Assembly (NCBI GenBank): GCA_963675295.2
Contig: CAXXKJ010000002.1
Span: 4,320,001 to 4,384,000, forward strand
DNA: 64,000 nucleotides
Origin: a bacterium
GTDB taxonomy: Bacteria > Electryoneota > Electryoneia > Electryoneales > Electryoneaceae
Direction of reading: 5' to 3'
Shown here: positions 10,004 to 20,400 of the stretch, one piece after another
How the letters are laid out: each line of letters begins with the position of its first letter
Position numbering within the stretch: position 1 is the stretch's first letter
Notes under the pieces: generated by a model
What the model was told of the DNA's origin: nothing
Seen by the model: the letters and a program-made list of their open reading frames with translations, nothing else
Databases searched by the model: none
Made by a program: the position numbers and the translations under genes

Positions 10004-11308
10004 ATGGAATCACCCATGGATGCGACTCAGGCAGCATTGATCGAGGCAACCCGGAGCATGTTGAATGCGGACCGGACGCTCGATGTTATCGAACGCATCC
10101 TCCATTCAGCCCAGTCGCTTTTAAACGCGCAGGCGGCGTCGGTGTTCCTGATCGACAACCGGAGGCGGAATCTGGAGATGGTCGCGTCGACCAATCTTCC
10201 CCGTCACGTGGTCGAAAGCATCCGATTCCCGCTTGGCGAAGGCGTAGCTGGCTGGGTCGCACAGCACAACGAGACGGTCTTGCTGGAGGATCTCACCAGT
10301 GATCCGCGATATTACGCCGGTGTCGCGAAGAAAACCGGTTTCGAGACTCGCGGGTACCTCTGTGTTCCGCTGGCTGTAAATGGAACATCGATTGGTACGG
10401 TGCAAGTGTTGAACCAGAATGTGGGACCTGCGTTCAACGCGGCCGACCAGCAACTACTCGAAAATTTCGCCGTGATCGCCGCCCTGGCGATTGAGAAGTA
10501 CCGTCTGCACAGCCTCGCGGTCGAGAAGGAACGCATCGAAGCAGAGCTGGCTGTCGGTAAAGCCTTCCAGTCAACTCTGCTGCCGTCTAAGTTCACACCA
10601 CCTGACCCCTGGCGGATTGCGGCGTTCAATGAGCCCGCTCGCTTGATGGGCGGCGACTTGTACGATGCGTTGCCGATCAACGGCAAATACATGGTCGCTC
10701 TCGGGGATGTCAGCGGCAAGGGACCGGGCGCAGCGTTCTGGATGTCCGGCTTCGCCCACGTGCTGCGGTTCATCGTCGAGCAGGACAAAGATCCCATCGA
10801 TCACATCAGGATGCTCGACGAGCATCTGCACAACACCATGCCCTCCGACAGTTTCCTCACCCTCTTTCTCGCCGTCTTTGAAGAGGGCGGCTTCCGTTAC
10901 ACCAGCGCCGGGCACAACCCGATGCTGTTGTTGCATGCGAACGGAGAGATTGAGTGGTTGGGCGCGACCGGCCTGCCATTATCGCTGCTACCCTTTTCCC
11001 CACGGGAGACGAAATGGGTCGAGATGCGTCCCGGCTCACGGTTGGTATTATTCTCGGACGGTCTCACCGAAGCGGAGAATTGCCACGGGTTGATGTATGA
11101 GGAGAAGCGGCTCGAGCGGATGGTCCGTCGCACGATGGATCTGCCGGGCGAAGAAGCGATCTACCGGCTGATCCGTTCGGTGAAACGTTTCGCCTGCGGA
11201 CAAGAACAGTCGGACGACCTGACGGTGATGACCGTAACCCACACCGGCGATCCGGAATCGGCCGCGGTCGAAATCGTGGAAACCAAATCAGAATCCATCG
11301 CGGCGTAG
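10004..11308 (+). CDS. GAF domain + SpoIIE/PP2C protein phosphatase (RsbU-like)
   Basis: GEGVAGWVA GAF motif; GGDLYD, LGDVSGKG, SAGHNP, LFSDGLTEA, DDLT. Confidence 0.92.
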   Translation: MESPMDATQAALIEATRSMLNADRTLDVIERILHSAQSLLNAQAASVFLIDNRRRNLEMVASTNLPRHVVESIRFPLGEGVAGWVAQHNETVLLEDLTSDPRYYAGVAKKTGFETRGYLCVPLAVNGTSIGTVQVLNQNVGPAFNAADQQLLENFAVIAALAIEKYRLHSLAVEKERIEAELAVGKAFQSTLLPSKFTPPDPWRIAAFNEPARLMGGDLYDALPINGKYMVALGDVSGKGPGAAFWMSGFAHVLRFIVEQDKDPIDHIRMLDEHLHNTMPSDSFLTLFLAVFEEGGFRYTSAGHNPMLLLHANGEIEWLGATGLPLSLLPFSPRETKWVEMRPGSRLVLFSDGLTEAENCHGLMYEEKRLERMVRRTMDLPGEEAIYRLIRSVKRFACGQEQSDDLTVMTVTHTGDPESAAVEIVETKSESIAA

Positions 11309-11328
11309 GTTGCGCCGCCTCGCGCAGG

Positions 11329-11895
11329 TTATACTTTCCGTTGAAACACCATCCCCGCACTGCTCATGTTCTTCAGCGGTTTCACAGGTGACAGACCAGC
11401 GTTCTCGGCTGTGCGGATCGCCTGATTGATTTGCTCCGGGGACGCGTGCCCTTTCGGCTCCAGCATCAACAGGTAGCCGCCGGGTTTCACCAGCGACGCC
11501 GCCTCGGTGACAAACGCGATCGGGTCCGGTGTTTCGTGGATCACGTGGACCGTCAGAACGAGATCCGCCTCCACATCCTCGAGCCCGATCCCATCCGGCG
11601 GACACAGGTGGGTGGTGATGCGGTCCGCGACCCCGCGTTTCCGCGCCAGCTTGCCGAGGATGTCGAACATTTCCGCCTGCATGTCAACGCTGACTACTCG
11701 CCCCTTTGGTCCCACCAACTGCGCCGCGACGACGCTGAAGATGCCTCCACCACAACCGAGATCGACAACGGTGTGCCCCGGTTGAGTGTACGGCTTCAGT
11801 AGCCGCTTCGGACTCTCCAACAGGGTACGCAACGGACTATTCAGCCATTTCGCGACGGACGGGGGGCAAACATCGTGTTTGTGTTCCTGCGGCAT
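11329..11895 (-). CDS. Class I SAM-dependent methyltransferase
   Basis: VVDLGCGGG motif I, VKPGGYLL; probable start MPQEHKH. Confidence 0.88.
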   Translation of the reverse strand: MPQEHKHDVCPPSVAKWLNSPLRTLLESPKRLLKPYTQPGHTVVDLGCGGGIFSVVAAQLVGPKGRVVSVDMQAEMFDILGKLARKRGVADRITTHLCPPDGIGLEDVEADLVLTVHVIHETPDPIAFVTEAASLVKPGGYLLMLEPKGHASPEQINQAIRTAENAGLSPVKPLKNMSSAGMVFQRKV

Positions 11896-12032
11896 GTCCA
11901 ACTCCAGGTAGCAGCTGTGACTTGCGGTCAATGTAACGAAATCAGGGGGAAAACTGCTGTCGCAGTAGCGGGCGGTACTTGGGTTTATCAGGGGAATTGT
12001 GCGTCAGTTCAATCCGGGCCGGAATCCCGCCC

Positions 12033-12434
12033 TCAAATCGACTTCAGCCAGGCGCGGCCTTCCTTGATCGAGTCGAACACATTCAGGATCAGCCCCTGGT
12101 CGCGGTAGAGGTTGATGAAGGACCGCATGCTGAGGTTGCCCATGATGCTGACCGGTTCGACAATCCCCCAGTACTTCCAACCAGCCTCCATCATCCGGGG
12201 AAACCAATCGGTGTTGATCCAGTCCACGTCCGCCTGCTGATACGGTTTCAGGTAACGGTTATCCGACAGCCATTTGCAGCCCTTGTGCGTGCGCATGGCC
12301 TCGTAGCCGGCATTGAATGCTTCCCGCATTTCAATCCCGCCGACATAGCCGTTGAACTGCTTGAGCAGGATCTTGTCCTCTTCCAGCCATTCGATCCTGG
12401 TGTGCTCAGATTCATGCACCAGCATGAAACCCAT
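12033..12434 (-). CDS. STAS/SEC14 (SpoIIAA-like) domain protein
   Basis: KWLSDNR, DVDWINTDWFPR..EAG.KYWGIV and FDSI.E.RAWL pattern. Confidence 0.7.
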   Translation of the reverse strand: MGFMLVHESEHTRIEWLEEDKILLKQFNGYVGGIEMREAFNAGYEAMRTHKGCKWLSDNRYLKPYQQADVDWINTDWFPRMMEAGWKYWGIVEPVSIMGNLSMRSFINLYRDQGLILNVFDSIKEGRAWLKSI

Positions 12435-12561
12435 CTCCCTGAACGATTCCCAATGGGAGGAGTATACGCAGCGCCCGGAATCCGGACAATGAGAAGATTA
12501 CTCGTGCTGGAACTGCTGGGGACGGCTGCTTTGGATGGAAATCGCAGTATGCAAGGTGGGT

Positions 12562-12789
12562 TCAGATACGATCCGTATCGCCGGAATCCTCGTCGTCTCG
12601 GCGATCACGTTCTTCCATGACATGTTCCATTGCCGCTTGTTGTGCCTGCGCCTGATAGTTGTGCATCGTGACTTCTGCTGCGAATTTGCTCTGGTGGAAC
12701 AACAGGTGACGCCGCTTCCACCCCATCACCACCAACCACACAAACACTGGCACTGTAACCACCGCGAAAACGGTTCCAACGATATCCAT
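12562..12789 (-). CDS. Small membrane protein, hypothetical
   Basis: gggagg RBS; N-terminal hydrophobic helix; acidic tail. Confidence 0.5.
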   Translation of the reverse strand: MDIVGTVFAVVTVPVFVWLVVMGWKRRHLLFHQSKFAAEVTMHNYQAQAQQAAMEHVMEERDRRDDEDSGDTDRI

Positions 12790-12838
12790 TGATCCCTCCC
12801 ATCATGGGAATATAATCCAGGATCTACAGTGCCTGCGA

Positions 12839-13951
12839 CTAATACTTTACCTGTAGCGTCAACTGGTACCAGAATTCGGTGTCACGGGAATTCGCGGCGT
12901 AGTCTTTCGCATCGTAGTCGAACAGCAGCAGGTTGTGGTTGCCGAAATCGTAGCCGACGCCGCCGTAATAGATCGAATAGTGGTCGTTGGAGATGTCGAG
13001 ATCGGGGTCGAACGCATCCATCCCGCCGATCAGCCGCCAGTGTGTAGTCGGCTTCAGCTCAACAAAGAATGAGTGGCCTTCGTAGTCCACGGCTTCCGTC
13101 GGATTGGCCGCTTCGACCCATTCGCCGTTCTGGTTGCCGAGGCCGTGAAGGTATTGTGCGGCAACGGTGAAGTACTGATGCTCGTAGGACAGCATTCCGA
13201 GCAGCGCGTTCCAGTCGGGAATGTGGTTGGTGGTTGTGCCGGCGCCATTGCCCTTGCCGACGATGCCGAACCCGGACAGTTGCAAGCCGGGAAACGTATC
13301 CGGCAACGGTCGCACAGTCAGCCGCGCCTCGAACACCGTGTTTGTGTTCTCCTCGACCGCGTGGTAGCCGCCCCCGTTGTAGACGCCGAACGCCATGCTG
13401 CCATACCGGCCGGCGTACTTGCTGTTGACTGTCTTCTTGAAGTCGTCGTCGAGCTCGCCGCCGAGGTAGGTTGCGTAGGTCACCCCGAAGTCCGCGGAGT
13501 TGATCACACCGGCCCGTTCGATGAACATCCGCTCGCGCATCCGGTAGTAGTTGACATGTTCCTCGAAATCCAGCCACGGCGCGTGCACAATCCCCACCTC
13601 GAGCGACTGCTTGTTGAAGAAGCCATAATCCGGAAAGTGGAACTTGGCATACGCGTACTTGATCCGAACTTCCATGTCGCCGCGCCCGTCCCCGTCCATA
13701 TCCTGGTTCGTGTCCAGTGTGATGCGTGCATCCATGTACGGCAGCACCGTCTTCTCCGCCGTCAGGTACGCCCGCCGCAGATAAAAACCGGCATACTCGC
13801 CATCTTCCGACTCACCGTACTGGTACGAGATGAAGAACACGCCGCCGATCGCGTGATCGTTACTCTGCACAACGGCATCGGATTGAATGGCGGGAATCAG
13901 CGTGAGCAGCAGCAAAACGGGCAACACGGTGAACAGACGGCAGCGGGCCAT
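12839..13951 (-). CDS. Outer-membrane porin-like beta-barrel protein
   Basis: Signal peptide; FYLRRAYLT and IKYAYAKF motifs resemble phosphate-selective porin-like families; aromatic C-terminus QVKY. Confidence 0.7.
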   Translation of the reverse strand: MARCRLFTVLPVLLLLTLIPAIQSDAVVQSNDHAIGGVFFISYQYGESEDGEYAGFYLRRAYLTAEKTVLPYMDARITLDTNQDMDGDGRGDMEVRIKYAYAKFHFPDYGFFNKQSLEVGIVHAPWLDFEEHVNYYRMRERMFIERAGVINSADFGVTYATYLGGELDDDFKKTVNSKYAGRYGSMAFGVYNGGGYHAVEENTNTVFEARLTVRPLPDTFPGLQLSGFGIVGKGNGAGTTTNHIPDWNALLGMLSYEHQYFTVAAQYLHGLGNQNGEWVEAANPTEAVDYEGHSFFVELKPTTHWRLIGGMDAFDPDLDISNDHYSIYYGGVGYDFGNHNLLLFDYDAKDYAANSRDTEFWYQLTLQVKY

Positions 13952-14266
13952 GAGGGGCTCCCCGGGTGGTGTGGCAAAGGGTGTTCGCTAACACTCGGAA
14001 CCCGGTCACGTCCCGGCGCAACAGGGGCGTTACAACGGTCATAGCATGAAGTTGGCCGGATTCCGAACGGCTTGATGCGTGTTCGCAGATGGTTACAATT
14101 GTATGAATTTTCGGTTAGCATGGCGAACGCGCGGGAGGCGTGAAACGAGAGCCTGGCTTGATGTTTCAGCAACAACAATGACCTCTTTTCCTGTACTTCT
14201 GGACAGCGGTCGTATATGTTATATATAGATGTGAATGGTTCGTCACGGTCTACGGGGGAATGGATC

Positions 14267-15016
14267 ATGGCTCGGTTTATCTTTCCTGCACTTCTGCTAC
14301 TCGTTTTCGCGTTCGCTGGGTGCAACAATGCGCCAACCAACCCGGATGACTTTGGTTCGACCGGTTTCGAGCAGCTCGATGACAATCCGGTTACGGTCGA
14401 CACCAAGGCATACTACGTCGGCCCGTTGGACAAATACGTCGTCGTGCCGGTGCAAAGTCACACTCGTGACGCCTTCATCGCCAACAACCTGTTGAGTGCG
14501 ACACCGCATATCGATTGGATCGAGTCGATCAGTTGGCCGAACACCGAAGTCGCTGCTTATGGCAGCACCGCGATGACGGTTGAGGTAGACCGGTCCGAGT
14601 ACCGGGCAACCGGTTTGTATAGCGGTTTCCTCACACTCTGGTACGATGACCACTACATGCAGCTCGTGGAAGTGCGGATGCAGGTCGGCACGCCGGACGC
14701 TGTGCCGATTGGTGTGAACTGGAACTACATCGAAGTTCCAGCCGATCTGGACTATGCGAGAATTGGTCTGATTAATAATTCAGACGCTACCTGGTGGGAT
14801 TCCGCTGGGTACAGTATGGTTTCGACTTCGATAGATCCTTTTCTTCGAGTGTTTGGCGTGACATTCGCAACGGTGCCACCTGGTGAAACTGGTGGGTTCA
14901 ATCTTCTAATAGATAGATCAACACTGCTTCCAGGGATTCATGAATCGCAGGTCAAGATCTATTGGTACGGCGAGCTTGTCCAAACGATCATTCTTGAAGT
15001 TGAAGTCACAAATTAG
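14267..15016 (+). CDS. Lipoprotein with two BACON/Ig-like repeats
   Basis: Lipobox FAGC; internal repeat (VEVDRS / LLIDRS); paralog of next gene. Confidence 0.75.
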   Translation: MARFIFPALLLLVFAFAGCNNAPTNPDDFGSTGFEQLDDNPVTVDTKAYYVGPLDKYVVVPVQSHTRDAFIANNLLSATPHIDWIESISWPNTEVAAYGSTAMTVEVDRSEYRATGLYSGFLTLWYDDHYMQLVEVRMQVGTPDAVPIGVNWNYIEVPADLDYARIGLINNSDATWWDSAGYSMVSTSIDPFLRVFGVTFATVPPGETGGFNLLIDRSTLLPGIHESQVKIYWYGELVQTIILEVEVTN

Positions 15017-15075
15017 AAAGGATTGATGTAAACCTGAACGGGACGATTTGACTTTGACGTTGATTTCTGGGGGGA

Positions 15076-15807
15076 ATGATGAACAGCCGAATTGCCGTAT
15101 TGGTAACCGTATTCGCACTGCTTATGCTTGCTGGCTGCAACGACTCACCGACGAACCCGAACGACGAGTCGCCGGACAACCCGGCGGTCAGCGTATCCAG
15201 CAATACCGCGTATGTCCCCGCGGATGCCGGCGCTGTCGAACTCATGGTCTACAATGAGTCGGACGACGTCCTCATCTGGGGCGAATTACTGGATGTATCG
15301 TCCACAGTGAACTGGATCGATCTGGTCGTCACGAACGAAGATTTCCAGCCCGGCGATAGCACGACACTGGGGATCCGTGTCGATCGTAGCGGGATCGGGC
15401 CTGGCATTTCGGATGGCGAGGTTGAACTGCGCTACAACGATGAGGTCGTCCAGACGATCGCCGTGACGATGCAAACCGGTACCCCGGACGCCGTTCCCAT
15501 CGGTGTCTACACCAACTTCCTGCGTATCCCGGCGGATGTGGACATGGTCGACATCGGCCTGATCAACAATTCGGGTGAATCGTGGGGATCGCCGACCTTG
15601 TGGCCGGCTTGGGTTACACTGCCAGACTTCCTGACGCAATCGCCGTACGCACAACAGGTCATTCTTGAACCCGGCGGTAGCGGGAACCTCGAATTGATCG
15701 TTGATCGCGATTTCATGTCACCGGGCATATATGGCGCGGTAATCGTACTGTCCTGGTATGGCAGTCCGGTACAATCGGTCAACATCGAGCTGGAAGTCGG
15801 GGAATAA
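15076..15807 (+). CDS. Lipoprotein with two BACON/Ig-like repeats (paralog)
   Basis: Lipobox LAGC; shares MQ.GTPDAVPIGV and IGLINNS with the previous gene. Confidence 0.78.
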   Translation: MMNSRIAVLVTVFALLMLAGCNDSPTNPNDESPDNPAVSVSSNTAYVPADAGAVELMVYNESDDVLIWGELLDVSSTVNWIDLVVTNEDFQPGDSTTLGIRVDRSGIGPGISDGEVELRYNDEVVQTIAVTMQTGTPDAVPIGVYTNFLRIPADVDMVDIGLINNSGESWGSPTLWPAWVTLPDFLTQSPYAQQVILEPGGSGNLELIVDRDFMSPGIYGAVIVLSWYGSPVQSVNIELEVGE

Positions 15808-15900
15808 ACCGAACGGTGTCCCTCAAGCTGGAGGTTGAAGTCGGCGGCGAGTAGCGTGCTTCTTCCACATGGATAGTGGATCTGACCATTCCACCACCCA

Positions 15901-16011
15901 CCGCGTAGCGGTGAAGCTTGGTTAGCGTGTGGCTTCAGCCTGCAGGGACGGGACCCGGTCCACTCACCGCGTAGCGGTGGAGCCTGGTTAGCGTGTGGCT
16001 TCAGCCACACG
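15901..16011. repeat. Two REP-like units
   Basis: ccgcgtagcggtg...ggttagcgtgtggcttcagcc occurs twice, between convergent genes. Confidence 0.75.
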
Positions 16012-16175
16012 AACTGATCGTCTTTCTTCCCCCTTCCCGCAATCAACCACCTACCCATCCCGCGCGTCCTGTAGGGACGCAGCCGTGGTTGCCCGGCTGA
16101 AGCCTGATGCCTATGATAATCAGGCGAAGCTGGTTATTGCGGCTCAGCTACCGTGACGCATAGTCCTAAGACATT

Positions 16176-16205
16176 AAAACGCCACCCCCTTTCGGAGGTG
16201 GCGTT
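16176..16205 (-). terminator. Terminator downstream of aprA
   Basis: aacgccacc...ggtggcgtt hairpin followed by a T tract on the minus strand. Confidence 0.7.
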
Positions 16206-16234
16206 GGTGGTTCTACGGGACTTCGGATCAGCGA

Positions 16235-18127
16235 CTAGTCTTTGAAGATGTACTTGACCGGGCGCTTGATCATTTCCCACTCGCCGGTGGCCGGATCCCA
16301 CTTGGCGTTCGCGAACGCGAGCCAGTTTTCCTCGTCCATCTTCGGCGTATCGGCACGGAAGTAGTATCCCGGCCAGCGGGTTTCTTCGCGGAAGAGCATC
16401 GTGCGGACGTGCACTTCGGCCTGCCACATGCGCTGGATATTTTCCCAGACACGCATGAGTTCGTGCAGGTCTTCGGCGGCCAACAGCTTGCTGTCTTCCT
16501 TGAGCATGTCGAGCAGCTCGAGGGCGCGTTCCAGCGAGGCCTTGTTGGTCGTGAACTGGGCGCTCACGCCGCCGGCGTACTCGTCCATGATCTTCTGCAG
16601 ACGGAACATGAACATCTTCGGACGCATGTATTCCGGGTTGATGTCGTTGTCCGAGGTGGCGTTTGCCTTCTGCTCAAACAGATCCAGCGGAGCGAGCAGG
16701 GTGTTCTTCATCTCTTCGACGAGATCATCCGGGATAGCCGGAGCATCGCCCTTGTCCATCGCGTACTTCACGGCGGACTTACCGGCGATACGACCTTCCG
16801 CGTGCGAACCGGAGGAGAACTTATGCGAGCTGGCGCCAGAGGCGTCACCGGCGTGGAACAGGCCTTCGACGGTGGACATCTGCGCGTAGCCCCAGAAGTA
16901 CTCATCCTTGGTGTTGGCGTTCTGGATGTCTTCCGGACCGGAGACCCAGGCACCGGAGGCGCCGGAGTGCGAACCGATGAAGTACGGTTCGGCGGCGGCG
17001 ATTTCCGAGGACTTCTCTTCCGGCTGGACGTTGCTGGCGGCCCACAGGAGCGCCTGCGAAATCGTCATGTCGAGGAAGTCTTCCCAGGCTTCGTTCTCGA
17101 GTTCCTTCTTCTTTTTCTTGTAGCCCTTTTCGTCATCCTTGTAGGCATCGGCAATCTTCTGCATCGCTTCTTCGGTGCGCATGAAGATCGGGCCCTTACC
17201 TTCCATGATGTCGAGCATGCCGAGCCAGTTACGGAGGTTGGCCGGGATCGGCTTCACCTTACCGTACGGAGCCCAGTTTTCGAGCTCGTCACGACGTTCC
17301 ACCATGTACTCACCGCCCATGGCGTTGGTCGCGCGGGATTTGAAGAGCAGGAACCAGGCGCCGACCGGGCCATACCCGTCCTTGAAGCGGACCGGAATGA
17401 AGCGGACTTCCTGGCAGGTCTGCTCAGCGCCGGCGCGCGCGGAGAAGTACAGGGACGAACCGGTATTCCACGGCGGATACCAGGCGCGGCCGAGACCTTC
17501 ACCCGTGCTGCGGGGCTTGAAGACGTGCACAGCGCCACCCATACCGGCGAAGACGGCCTTGGCATGGAAGACGTAGAACTTGTTTTCGCGGGTGCTGAAG
17601 CCGGCGGCGCCGACGCAGCGGCCGTCGATCACGATCGGTTCAACGACGAAAACGCGTTCGTAGATGTTGTCGAGTCCGAGGGCGTTCTTGGCGGCTTCGG
17701 CAACGACGACCTTGTAGGATTCGCCGTTGATCATGACCTGCCAGCGGCCTTCGTGCACGTAGTTGCCGTCCTCATCCTTCCAGATCGGGAGTCCCCACTT
17801 CTCGAAGAGATGGACGGTGCTGTCGACGTGACGTGCAATGTTGGCAACGAGGTCTTCACGGGTGATGCCCATGAGGTCGTTGCGGACGTAGTCGACGTAG
17901 TCCTTGATGGTGTTCTTGCCACCCTTGAGGTCGACGTACTGGTTGATGGCGGAGAGGCCCATCGCGACGGCGCCGGAGCGGTCCATCGCGGCCTTGTCCA
18001 CCAAGGTGACCTTAAGGCCGTTCTTCTTGGCCCAGTAAGCCGCTTCAACCGCGGCACCACAGGCCGACATGCCGCCACCGATAATCAGGACGTCGGTTTC
18101 GACCTTGACGGTTTCGAAATTCGCCAC
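16235..18127 (-). CDS. aprA: Adenylylsulfate (APS) reductase alpha subunit
   Basis: IIGGGMSACG FAD motif, DRSGAVAMGLSAIN, WQVMINGESYK, RFKDGYGPVGAWFL, HKFSSGSHAEGR, REETRWPGYY. Confidence 0.97.
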   Translation of the reverse strand: MANFETVKVETDVLIIGGGMSACGAAVEAAYWAKKNGLKVTLVDKAAMDRSGAVAMGLSAINQYVDLKGGKNTIKDYVDYVRNDLMGITREDLVANIARHVDSTVHLFEKWGLPIWKDEDGNYVHEGRWQVMINGESYKVVVAEAAKNALGLDNIYERVFVVEPIVIDGRCVGAAGFSTRENKFYVFHAKAVFAGMGGAVHVFKPRSTGEGLGRAWYPPWNTGSSLYFSARAGAEQTCQEVRFIPVRFKDGYGPVGAWFLLFKSRATNAMGGEYMVERRDELENWAPYGKVKPIPANLRNWLGMLDIMEGKGPIFMRTEEAMQKIADAYKDDEKGYKKKKKELENEAWEDFLDMTISQALLWAASNVQPEEKSSEIAAAEPYFIGSHSGASGAWVSGPEDIQNANTKDEYFWGYAQMSTVEGLFHAGDASGASSHKFSSGSHAEGRIAGKSAVKYAMDKGDAPAIPDDLVEEMKNTLLAPLDLFEQKANATSDNDINPEYMRPKMFMFRLQKIMDEYAGGVSAQFTTNKASLERALELLDMLKEDSKLLAAEDLHELMRVWENIQRMWQAEVHVRTMLFREETRWPGYYFRADTPKMDEENWLAFANAKWDPATGEWEMIKRPVKYIFKD

Positions 18128-18142
18128 GTTTGTTTCCTCCGG

Positions 18143-18583
18143 TTACTGGTTCAACTTGAAGAAGTCGGCCTGGACGGATTCCGGCTCGGTGAACAGCATC
18201 GGGCTGTTGATGTCACCATCGCCTTCCTCAAAGCCACCGTTCGGGACCGCGGTACCTTCTTCAGTGGTACGGATCGGGAACTTGAAGCGTTTGAGGTTTC
18301 CGTTACGGAACTTCACCGTCCACATGATGCTGTCGGACCCGCGCATCGGGGACACCGTCGCACCCATCGGGACAAAGTCCGCGTAGCCGCGTACTTCGAT
18401 CGCCTGCACCGGGCAGATCTTGACGCAGTTGTAGCATTCCCAGCACAGTTCCGGTTCCCGATTGTAGGCCTTCATGAGATCCTTGTTCAGGACCATGAGG
18501 TCATTCGGGCAGATGTACTGGCACGCGGTTTTGTCGAGCGCCTTGCACCCGTCGCACTTGTCGAGGATTACGTAACTTGGCAT
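18143..18583 (-). CDS. aprB: APS reductase beta subunit
   Basis: KCDGCKALDKTACQYICPNDLM, CWECYNCVKICP, KRFKFPIRTT. Confidence 0.97.
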   Translation of the reverse strand: MPSYVILDKCDGCKALDKTACQYICPNDLMVLNKDLMKAYNREPELCWECYNCVKICPVQAIEVRGYADFVPMGATVSPMRGSDSIMWTVKFRNGNLKRFKFPIRTTEEGTAVPNGGFEEGDGDINSPMLFTEPESVQADFFKLNQ

Positions 18584-18680
18584 GTTGCCTTTCCTCCCAG
18601 TCTGCCTTGCCGCCTTTTGTGACGGCCCACTTGACTTCGGTTTGGTTTGTTCGGTTTGTTGAACGTGAATTCTTGCTTGT

Positions 18681-18698
18681 TTGTGAATGATAGCACAA
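18681..18698. promoter_or_regulatory. Rex-like operator upstream of aprB
   Basis: TTGTGAA-tgat-AGCACAA versus Rex consensus TTGTGAA-N4-TTCACAA. Confidence 0.65.
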
Positions 18699-18808
18699 AC
18701 TGGAGCTGGTAAAGCCGCCGTTCCCCCCGGCGTCTTTGACTCAACTCTCAGCGAAAATCGCAGCCGTGTCCGCCCGTTCGGACGGACACAGCTACGCAGG
18801 AATCGTGC

Positions 18809-20038
18809 TTACTGACCGAGACTCGCCCGGTGTTCCTTGACTTCAACCTTCTCCTCAAGACTGGCGTAATACTCCACGAGAATCTTGAGCACTTCCGGAC
18901 GGCTGAATTCTTTCGGAACTTCGTCCGCCTGGTCTTCGCTGAGCATTTTGCGCAGCTTCGTACCGGACAGGAAAAGACGCTCTTCCTTGCTGTGCGGGCA
19001 GGTCTTCATCGAGGCCATGCCGTTACAGGTGTAGCACCAGAAGGTCCAGTCGATCTTCAGCGGCTGGGTGATCAACGCACCATCCCACAGCGTGTCGAAG
19101 ATTTCCTGGGCGTCGAACGGGCCGTAGTAGTCGCCCACACCGGCGTGGTCGCGGCCGATGATCATGTGCGAGCAGCCGAAGTTCTGACGGAACACGGCGT
19201 GCAGCAGGGCTTCACGCGGGCCGGCATAACGCATGTCGAGCGGATACCCACCCTGGAACACGCGTTCCTTGACGAAATAATTTTCGACGAGGGTGTCGAT
19301 GCACTTGACGCGCACGTCCGCCGGGATGTCGCCGGGCTTCAGCTTGCCGACGAGCTGGTGGATGTACACACCGTCCATCACGTCCACCGCGATCTTCGCG
19401 AGGAACTCGTGGCTGCGGTGCATCGGGTTACGGAGCTGCAACGCTGCGACGTCTTTCCAGCCACGCTTGTCGAATTCGGCGCGGGATTCCCACGGACGCT
19501 GGTAGATACCGGCGAATTCCGTCGGGAACGGACCTTCGGAGAGGACCTTGATCGGGCCACCGAGGTTCACAGCCTTCTGCTCCATCACCATCTTCACACC
19601 GGGGTGCTCGAGATCGGTGGTGGTGTAGACATGCTTGCATTCGAATTCGCGGTCGATTTCATACTTCTCTTCGACCTTCATCGTGCCCATGATCTCGCCG
19701 TATTCCTCGGAATACAACGCGACTTCCTCACCGACCTCGATCGAATCGGCGAGTTCTTTGTCGGCGGACAGAGTGACCGGGATTGGCCAGAAGGTGCCAC
19801 CCATGCTCGGCATCTTCATCTCGGAGCAGACATGCTCCCAGTCTTCCTTGCCCATGAAGCCCTTCAGCGGGGTGAAACCGCCGATGCCCATCATGATCAG
19901 GTCGCCCGTCTCACGGCTGGACAGCGGGACTTTCTTCAGTCCTTCGGCCTTCTTGAGTTCCGCTTCCTTTTCCTGGCCCTCGAGCAGGAGAATGACGAGT
20001 TCGTCACTGCCATGAGGGGGCACCAATTTCGATGCCAT
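18809..20038 (-). CDS. sat: Sulfate adenylyltransferase (ATP sulfurylase)
   Basis: [55 protein letters not shown]. Confidence 0.97.
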   Translation of the reverse strand: MASKLVPPHGSDELVILLLEGQEKEAELKKAEGLKKVPLSSRETGDLIMMGIGGFTPLKGFMGKEDWEHVCSEMKMPSMGGTFWPIPVTLSADKELADSIEVGEEVALYSEEYGEIMGTMKVEEKYEIDREFECKHVYTTTDLEHPGVKMVMEQKAVNLGGPIKVLSEGPFPTEFAGIYQRPWESRAEFDKRGWKDVAALQLRNPMHRSHEFLAKIAVDVMDGVYIHQLVGKLKPGDIPADVRVKCIDTLVENYFVKERVFQGGYPLDMRYAGPREALLHAVFRQNFGCSHMIIGRDHAGVGDYYGPFDAQEIFDTLWDGALITQPLKIDWTFWCYTCNGMASMKTCPHSKEERLFLSGTKLRKMLSEDQADEVPKEFSRPEVLKILVEYYASLEEKVEVKEHRASLGQ

Positions 20039-20057
20039 GAAAACCTCCCCTTCCTCT

Positions 20058-20075
20058 ACGTGAATCCGTTCACTA
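20058..20075. promoter_or_regulatory. Rex-like operator upstream of sat
   Basis: acGTGAA-tccg-TTCACta; weaker second site TTGTGcg-aaaa-TTCgCgA at 20177-20194. Confidence 0.6.
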
Positions 20076-20400
20076 AGCGAAACTTAACGCATGCTCTCGA
20101 AAACGAACAACCTGCGGGAGGACTGTTTGCCTCCCCTTATACCTAAAGATGTCAACAGTTTTTGTTCGTTCCCTGTTTGTGCGAAAATTCGCGAAGTGCC
20201 TGAAAATCTTGTGACTATGAATTACTCTAACTAAAATGTTCAGCTATCCTAACAGTAAACCGGCAAGGTAGGCCGTCCGGGGGGACGGCACAACCTTTCG
20301 TACAGTGTCTTTCGTCTCTCGTCCTTTGACTCGCGAAAGATGCCGCCCTTCTCAATCAAGCATCTCAGAACCAAAGACTCTGGACTCGTGACGGTTGTTC

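Noticed and set aside
14000-14045. Pho-box-like GTCAC/GTTAC/GTCAT repeats upstream of the porin
   Set aside because: Spacing is 13, 11 and 9 bp rather than a regular 11, and matches are weak
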